Virus record (IMG/VR): IMGVR_UViG_3300042691_029887 | Span: 1 to 10,844 of that record | Length of the DNA: 10,844 nt | Source of the DNA: a virus | Lineage: Duplodnaviria; Heunggongvirae; Uroviricota; Caudoviricetes | Direction: 5' to 3' (one strand) | Position numbers and translations under genes: made by a program | Shown: piece after piece, positions 7,401 through 10,844 of the stretch | How positions within the stretch are numbered: the first letter of the stretch is position 1 | Layout: each line of letters begins with the position of its first letter | Notes under the pieces: generated by a model | The model's database searches: none | What the model was told of the DNA's origin: nothing | What the model saw: the letters and a program-made list of their open reading frames with translations, nothing else

Positions 7401-10308
7401 GCACTTCCTCGCCAGTTTTAAAAGGATGTCTATAATAAGTTGTAACTTTTAACGGACCAGTGGTCAGTGTTCCGCCTGACAATCTAGCTCTACGTATATC
7501 TTTAATAGCTATTTCGTGGGCGGTTAATTTAAAAGTTGCGTTTCTTAATGGAGGACAATCAGCATTGCCTACATAGAAAGATACAGCACCAAATCTACCT
7601 TCATTAATAGGGTCATCAATGTAAGGTGTAATAAGATTCATTACCGGAGTTCTTAATCTACCTATTTGAATAGCTTCATTCGGATCACTACCTTCTGATT
7701 GTAATCCAATTATTCCGTAACAACTTGAACCAGTAACTGAACGTATTTGTCCACCAGCTTTACTCAAATAACCAACTCTACAATAGTATGTAAATTGGCT
7801 AACTGCTTCACATACCCCGTTGTTATCAACATATATACCATAACCAAGATCGTTGATCATAGTAAAGTCGTTGGACAACATACTTCTATTACCAGCAGTT
7901 TCAATTAAAATTTGTGTTCCATTTGGTATGAAACCTGCAGGTAAAAATGTATCATCAAGTTCTATGAATTCGCCCGGAGCACTGCTCAATGTTAAAGTGG
8001 CTGAACCGTTTTGATCTACTTCAGTAGTATCAATGATCACATAGCGTTTCTTTGAAAGATAAAAAGTATTAGGAACTTCTGGTTTTCTAACTAAACCAGT
8101 AACTCTCATTTTAGTGCCACTGGCACCTAAAGTACCAGTAAATGGATCTGTGTATGTAGTATCATCAACGTAACATAGCTGATTACCTGCCATACCGTCA
8201 ATTAATTGACCGCCGCCACCTTCACCAGAAAATGTTGAACAAACTTGAGCATATGGACTTCTAGTTAAAATTTGACCATTAGGATCAAATGCCATAACGA
8301 AGCCTTTACTACCAACGAAGGTTATGTTTCTGGCTTGGAATGCATCATTGACTAGCAGCATGTCAGCATGTTCATTGTCTAAGAAAAATTCTATCAAGGT
8401 GTTGTCAGGAATAGATTGAGCTAGAGGTTTTAAATCTCCATTCTCATCTACTATGTCCATAGTATATGTTCCTGGAGCAATATTCAAATCAGGATTTGGT
8501 GTCTTATAAAGTATTTTTCTTACAGGACCAACTCTATAAACGTTTGGAACACCGCCTGTAGAGCCTACAATAAACCTCATTCCAGATTTAGGTGGATATG
8601 CAGCGTCTCTAATTTCTAATCTAGTACTGTTTACAATATTTGTAGCACCAACAGATCTTCCTAGTTGTCTGTAGTAATGATTATTATACCAGAAATTAGC
8701 GTTTAAACTTCTATCACCCCTTACAAATTTTAGATTTATATTTTCTGCAGGAACTGGACCTTGCTTAGGTTTAATTAAAGTTCTTCTAAATTCATCACCT
8801 TTGATCGCCACGTTTGGTGGAACAATGATTGGAAATTCTTCAAAATAAACACCAGATTCTATCATTACAGTGATTTCTGGTTTTGGAATAAAGAACCCTC
8901 TAAAACCAAGGTCTACTCTACTCAATGTACTATAAGGTCCATCTTTCTTATTAGCAAGTGCTATGGTTATAAATGGATCCAATGGATCGACTACAGGATT
9001 GACCCAAGAAAATGTTTTCTTTAAATTTAATTCAAATAAGTTGGCATTTATTCTGTTTACTCTAAAGATACCGTTCAATTCTCTAGTATCTACTGCTCCT
9101 AATAAAACAGCACCACTAACTTGAACATAATCGCCATCTTGATAACCGTGATTTTGTAAACTGACTCTAACTTTTGTTCTAGGATATTCTAACTCAGTAC
9201 CTAAAGCAGGTATATATTTGAATACTTGGCTAGTACTTACTTTGTATGGAGTTGTTTGTAACGTAACTCTATCGATATACTTTTTAGCGAATTTTAACGC
9301 TGCTCTAACGCTCTTAAATGCTTTACTCCAACTTCTTCCTATCTCATATTCGGGATATCCGTAATCAGGATTAGGAGTGTCATTGTCAAAATCCCACATA
9401 TCATCATTACCTATGGTACTAACATAGATATTTGTAGGACTGCTATATGATTTACTATCTACATAACCTTTAGTAGCCGCACGATAATCTTCCTGAACAA
9501 ATGCTGGACCGCCTTCTTTTGGACTAAGTTCAATTCCTTGATATTCTCCTGGGTGATCATTTAAGATCAATGGTCCAGTCATGACTCCAAAGCCTCTGTC
9601 AGTTAATCCAGTTTCCGGATCAACTGCCAATGTTCCTGCTAAACTTATCTTGGAATCTGCATAATCTTTTCTTACAGAGTGTGCAGGATCAGTTCCTTGA
9701 AACTTTAAGAAAACATTTGTCTTTGGGGTTAATCCATCTGAGTCTAGTAACGGAATGAAACGCTCACCCAAATTAGGATTACCATTATTAGGAGCAGGCT
9801 GTATTTTAAAATTGTCTCTCATGGTACTGCCATCTACAGCATTGACAGTTCCTGTTAAATCTTCGTTGTCTCGATTTAAAAAGTTACTATAAACCCAACG
9901 TCTAGTTACAGCATCGTTATCTGCTTGTGGCGCAGCCATATTAGATACTTTAAATCCACCTGCATTTAATGTATTTGACAGTGTTGGAGTCGGGTCTAAA
10001 CTTATACTAATACCTGTTAAACTTAGGCTTATTTTTGATGGGTCAGTAGCAGTATCTATAGAAATGTTAGCACTACCAACTAGTTCTTTACTAATTACAT
10101 TGTTACCTAAAGAATTTAATGATAAAACTCCATTAGGTCTCAAAGGTTTAACAACATCTACTAAGTTCTCAAATGTTAACCCTTCCTCAAGACCTTGACT
10201 AGCATATAGCTCTCTAAAATTTTCATTAACTTTTGAAAAAGCGTCACGAATGCTATCACCGGTTCCATCATTGCCGGTTAGACCAATATTAATATTTTTT
10301 CTTGCCAT
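1447..10308 (-). CDS. Giant (2953 aa) modular phage virion structural / tail-fibre protein
   Basis: 8862-nt uninterrupted ORF with a GGAG SD 6 nt upstream. Motifs: N-terminal MARKNINIG..NDGTGDSIRDAFSKVNENFRELY, beta-helix entry motifs, DAxNKxYVD-type necks, GSGY..P.V beta repeats, and a C-terminal ADLAERY...GRVPCKV chaperone domain. By recollection, this motif set occurs in large structural proteins of T4-like cyanophages and uncultured aquatic phages. The exact position in the virion is not determinable from sequence. Confidence 0.88.
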   Translation of the reverse strand: MARKNINIGLTGNDGTGDSIRDAFSKVNENFRELYASQGLEEGLTFENLVDVVKPLRPNGVLSLNSLGNNVISKELVGSANISIDTATDPSKISLSLTGISISLDPTPTLSNTLNAGGFKVSNMAAPQADNDAVTRRWVYSNFLNRDNEDLTGTVNAVDGSTMRDNFKIQPAPNNGNPNLGERFIPLLDSDGLTPKTNVFLKFQGTDPAHSVRKDYADSKISLAGTLAVDPETGLTDRGFGVMTGPLILNDHPGEYQGIELSPKEGGPAFVQEDYRAATKGYVDSKSYSSPTNIYVSTIGNDDMWDFDNDTPNPDYGYPEYEIGRSWSKAFKSVRAALKFAKKYIDRVTLQTTPYKVSTSQVFKYIPALGTELEYPRTKVRVSLQNHGYQDGDYVQVSGAVLLGAVDTRELNGIFRVNRINANLFELNLKKTFSWVNPVVDPLDPFITIALANKKDGPYSTLSRVDLGFRGFFIPKPEITVMIESGVYFEEFPIIVPPNVAIKGDEFRRTLIKPKQGPVPAENINLKFVRGDRSLNANFWYNNHYYRQLGRSVGATNIVNSTRLEIRDAAYPPKSGMRFIVGSTGGVPNVYRVGPVRKILYKTPNPDLNIAPGTYTMDIVDENGDLKPLAQSIPDNTLIEFFLDNEHADMLLVNDAFQARNITFVGSKGFVMAFDPNGQILTRSPYAQVCSTFSGEGGGGQLIDGMAGNQLCYVDDTTYTDPFTGTLGASGTKMRVTGLVRKPEVPNTFYLSKKRYVIIDTTEVDQNGSATLTLSSAPGEFIELDDTFLPAGFIPNGTQILIETAGNRSMLSNDFTMINDLGYGIYVDNNGVCEAVSQFTYYCRVGYLSKAGGQIRSVTGSSCYGIIGLQSEGSDPNEAIQIGRLRTPVMNLITPYIDDPINEGRFGAVSFYVGNADCPPLRNATFKLTAHEIAIKDIRRARLSGGTLTTGPLKVTTYYRHPFKTGEEVQITGVKTDAGLNLPPTTPGGNPLPNDISGNTYTVTILDEYNFTLDETESSDYWLPSEIPNDSTTHINDLIKTAFSYNESPVARQSLAPTGVLVQDRIYSISGNASEDRIAGFARFDGVAGENQANQNTLKVIQLRRPAVKNMKFTLGSTIPAVVSNDIQVYTVTNVVRQDVTFKVNIRLVEPLGVNDNKIGATEIYITEVKNEAAPSVIITDPASPWAPKAGWSFQLLDPALNETLNYTRYTIKEGTTPTYDAVEDRWLIELDLPLTVNMVNQIATAKKTRVDGIWDLTLDRPLSASIPNTTPIRFFFYDSYWRINLDPSLSNDLPFYAPDAYNKPQPKPLVFAQTKTISVSQIRNVPPIINSSAMKFSETNFDPSIYRILGKTETPGSAGITKDSYPLAVTANPLVGFNVEAVTKLVANKSFIQREVINFLNEIYPDFVYNQITCSRDVGLIIDAVAYDLTYGGNVRSRAAGIAYYQQGNVSAATVLSQQKTETIDAINFATTVALTALNVYSGSTPSQTALPYEGTRINASEQILANKDFIVEDTIRYLNILTQGTGFTYNETLWRSKFSTIVESLAYDLEYEANVKTRYTTLKFYDGTPESIFLLAEQKSQMIAAINHIRTISKLIVLESTVTPQAGNLLPQDTDGTAGVSGIDDSTVQTLMTLITTALQSGSSTIPARNLGIRRSYQDPTAGGYSPQIIDNNLEAETGSATKVGELMDQIVRIINLGERNPAGVISDIVISDGGAGYNDNTPPTLLIAAPSSGSNRATATVTVQGGVITDVTITNPGSGYDFVPTVTIVNGGSNSPTQVAQLTALLSVSLHINVQPQVLDTLQSLTFPATATGLQYGAVLSGPGIPYAGDPNGTTQNTFIRTVTQEFNQDGTTSGYEVRISSIITQSIPAGTEISITGPGSNYLFDLNTALDIKHQPGDVIGITTTFSTVRATGHDFLQVGAGGFDDSNYPNNVYGQPEPPGPSPSAIVKEIGTGRVFHVSTDQDGNFRVGTYFNVNQGDGTVNIAARIGLSGVSSLSFAVGETVDNFSADTKMDAPEDTTVSTQKAIVTYINNIINGFYSIDGTETPQKGLMRLDGASIMQGNMQLGSNSIETLRNSEDVNGTGAVNRKYVDNVFAGGTVSYGEFGTAYILETTGRRTDVFGFSMIQDLTDVGGVFRNRGGISLNNNKITLLKTPTQAGDATNKSYVDQAIATGGVRTGWSGFTLANTTQRYKVQNINVNQNGSGYTTAPVVTIVSSSGTGASARAVLSSGAGPTYSVASIVVDDPGYNYIDTPTVIIGGSVREVQLLFGGLNYNLPPTLTFSPPQTVGGITATGYAIMEGQGDNKRIKEVVIVNGGSGYTIPPSITQTYSDTVAGRNPATFLSVLNAGSGAVATAVTSAVPRNIDLNGNKITGSGLPTATSDLINKQFFDTNNYIGKINDVEIVGNPGLGDLLVFTGQEPDENSSGSMTNVSISTESDIVSTVTLTEGGNSITFTYRAGSITNADVASSAGIAQTKLSLNRSNTIGQDTTGLTSEQLASRYGIAAFKETQFNSDNGFISIRDSSSTTDGVTFSQLRKITNKKILGYYNNTQGDTDTGNIAELSAQNVRDILGLSTETVATIISDDTLGGLEPTNLPEDSNVNRVSTGLATRKGGATSYGALLKVGGRMRGRLTFDSALPSGDPSITPIINVEDTDKYDIGTSTKKFKTIHSTTFEGTNFNGTRFGRTTAPTNLTEANPHTFYGIASYADKVGNGGLAFSLSAGTDITIVAGTTSTSFNGSQSCTIAVSSSTDGNNSLLAKRNNGVLKATTFEGDLDGVADTSKAVRIGTTDYLGSTGSSANTVAIRDGNQDIYANEFKGTALKAKYADLAERYQADNSYEPGTVLEFGGDHEVTLASEATRKIAGIVSTKPAFEMNTVLEGDNVVSIALQGRVPCKVVGKIEKGDLMISAGNGFAKSSDDPKLGSVIGKALQNWDGGEGIIEIVVGRL
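1450..1827 (-). other. C-terminal intramolecular-chaperone / autocleavage domain (Peptidase_G2-like, phi29 gp12 type), about the last 126 aa of the giant protein
   Basis: KAKYADLAERYQAD..YEPGTVLEFGG..EVT...IAGIVST.PAF.MN...IALQGRVPCKVVGKIEKGDLMIS..G.A...GSVIGKAL matches the ADxAE...GxVS...GRVPxKV...GD pattern of this family as I recall it. Confidence 0.7.
3220..3723 (-). repeat. Cluster of about four protein-level I.I..(G/P)GSGY..xP.V.I beta-sandwich repeats
   Basis: INVNQNGSGYTTAPVVTI, IVVDDPGYNYIDTPTVII, VQLLFGGLNYNLPPTLTF and VVIVNGGSGYTIPPSIT, linked by GxxAxAxA strands. Confidence 0.7.
4984..5193 (-). repeat. Pair of protein-level GxGY..xP.V beta-sandwich repeats
   Basis: IVISDGGAGYNDNTPPTLLI ... 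ATATVTVQGG ... VTITNPGSGYDFVPTVTI. Confidence 0.7.
5512..6153 (-). repeat. Two tandem alpha-helical repeats (period about 120 aa) in the giant protein
   Basis: Copy 1: LVANKSFIQREVINFLN...YNQITCSRDVGLIIDAVAYDLTYGGNVRS...QQKTETIDAINF. Copy 2: ILANKDFIVEDTIRYLN...YNETLWRSKFSTIVESLAYDLEYEANVKT...EQKSQMIAAINH. Confidence 0.8.
7681..9429 (-). other. Pectin-lyase-like right-handed beta-helix region (about aa 294-876), interrupted by inserted modules
   Basis: Entry motifs IYVSTIGND...GRSWSKAFKSVRAAL and ITVMIESGVYFEEFPIIVPPNVAIKGDEFRRTLIKP. Rung-like segments ARNITFVG, SPYAQVCSTF, NRSMLSNDFTMINDLGYGIYVDNNG.CEAVSQFTYYCRVGYLSKAGGQIRSVTGSSCYG. Confidence 0.6.
10204..10308 (-). other. T4 gp9/gp10-like N-terminal baseplate-docking peptide (aa 1-35)
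   Basis: INIG..xNDGTGD.(I/L)R.AF.K(V/I)N.NF.ELY motif. A paralogous copy begins the downstream gene (1343..1447). Confidence 0.7.
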
Positions 10309-10314
10309 TGTAAA

Positions 10315-10318
10315 CTCC
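10315..10318 (-). promoter_or_regulatory. Shine-Dalgarno (GGAG) of the giant gene
   Basis: The minus strand reads ...ttcGGAGtttacaATG, a 6-nt spacer. Confidence 0.7.
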
Positions 10319-10348
10319 GAATTGGATGATTATGGTATTTCCTAACTT

Positions 10349-10355
10349 TATTTAC
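10349..10355 (-). promoter_or_regulatory. Putative T4-type late promoter box (GTAAATA) for the fibre operon
   Basis: The minus strand reads aaagGTAAATAaag, 40 nt upstream of the ATG. TAAATA is the core of the T4 gp55-dependent TATAAATA late promoter. The AT-rich context lowers specificity. Confidence 0.5.
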
Positions 10356-10377
10356 CTTTAAATTTTGTAAACTTAAT

Positions 10378-10384
10378 GTAAATA
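10378..10384 (+). promoter_or_regulatory. Putative T4-type late promoter box (GTAAATA) for the 95-aa gene
   Basis: aatGTAAATActggcATG. The box ends 5 nt before the ATG, and no SD is visible. Confidence 0.5.
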
Positions 10385-10389
10385 CTGGC

Positions 10390-10677
10390 ATGTACGTAGG
10401 TAGCGTAAAAGAAAAAAGTTCACATAAAAGAACAAGTAAGAACGGTATTGAACACGTTTATTTTAGAACGAAAAAAGTAAACGAGTTTATCTGTGATAGT
10501 TGTGGTGAAAGGTTTTTTCGAAATCACGCTAACATGAGTCCAAAAAGAATCAGCAATTCATATTTCCACGTGTGTAGTAGTTGTGATTCTAAAAGATTTG
10601 CTCAGAAAAAGGGCGTGGAAAAAAGAAAAATTTGGGATATGCCAGCAAGTAGTGATATGCCTATTGGCAGATTGTAG
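10390..10677 (+). CDS. Small basic four-cysteine (CxxC-x23-CxxC) metal-binding protein, function unknown
   Basis: 95-aa ORF with C35-D-S-C38 and H60-V-C62-S-S-C65, rich in K/R. It exactly fills the gap between the intergenic region and the iscA stop, and has a promoter-like box directly upstream. Confidence 0.8.
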   Translation: MYVGSVKEKSSHKRTSKNGIEHVYFRTKKVNEFICDSCGERFFRNHANMSPKRISNSYFHVCSSCDSKRFAQKKGVEKRKIWDMPASSDMPIGRL

Positions 10678-10678
10678 A

Positions 10679-10844
10679 TTAAATTCTAAAACTTTCGCCG
10701 CAACCGCAACGATCTTTTTCGTTAGGGTTAATAAATTCAAACCCTTCATTGAGACCTTTTTTCTGCCAGTCCATAGTAAGTCCTTGAACATACGGTGAAC
10801 TTCGGCCATCTACCCAAACTTTTACACCATAACTTTCATAGACA
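10679..10844 (-). CDS. iscA: A-type iron-sulfur cluster carrier protein IscA (HesB/IscA/SufA family), C-terminal 54 aa. The 5' part lies beyond the window.
   Basis: Not in the ORF track. The frame from 10843 reads VYESYGVKVWVDGRSSPYVQGLTMDWQKKGLNEGFEFINPNEKDRCGCGESFRI* (TAA at 10681-10679). It has the hallmark GLNEGF.F.NPN.K..CGCGESF terminus and aligns without gaps, at roughly 60% identity by eye, to E. coli IscA as I recall it. Confidence 0.93.
   Translation of the reverse strand, partial: VYESYGVKVWVDGRSSPYVQGLTMDWQKKGLNEGFEFINPNEKDRCGCGESFRI

Noticed and set aside
10316-10326. Possible hairpin (TCC-N5-GGA) sequestering the SD of the giant gene
   Set aside because: The stem is only 3 bp, too weak to support.
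10698-10711. Short tandem CCGCAA-CCGCAA
   Set aside because: It is simply the codons for the IscA C-G-C-G motif.
10558-10809. 83-aa minus-strand ORF and 71-aa plus-strand ORF (10583..10798)
   Set aside because: They overlap both the 4-Cys gene and the iscA frame, each of which has much stronger motif support.
1-10844. CRISPR array, tRNA/rRNA, IS/integrase, DGR template/variable repeats, intron/intein, stop-codon recoding
   Set aside because: I saw no regularly spaced DNA repeats, no adenine-mismatched repeat pair, no RNA-gene signatures and no intein or transposase motifs by eye. The standard code gives long, clean ORFs ending in TAA or TAG.

Overview
This window looks like part of a large, AT-rich tailed dsDNA phage (or prophage) with T4-like features. 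It is almost fully coding and holds four genes, two of which the ORF track misses because they run off the window edges. (1) 1447..10308 (-) is a giant 2953-aa modular virion fibre/structural protein. It has a T4 gp9/gp10-like N-terminal docking peptide, an interrupted pectin-lyase-like beta-helix, several repeat families and a C-terminal Peptidase_G2-like intramolecular chaperone. (2) <1..1447 (-) is a second fibre-like gene, translationally coupled to the first (TAATG), that starts with the same 35-aa docking peptide. (3) 10390..10677 (+) is a divergent, basic 95-aa CxxC...CxxC protein. (4) 10679..>10844 (-) is the C-terminal half of an IscA-type Fe-S carrier, whose stop lies 1 nt from the stop of the 4-Cys gene. 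The 81-nt divergent intergenic region carries back-to-back GTAAATA boxes resembling T4-type late promoters. The most unusual signals are a phycocyanin-like C-x-R-D helix motif inside the giant protein, an apparent Russian-doll nesting of beta-modules in it, and the IscA/4-Cys pair beside the structural genes. All family assignments are by-eye motif recognition from memory; no searches were run.
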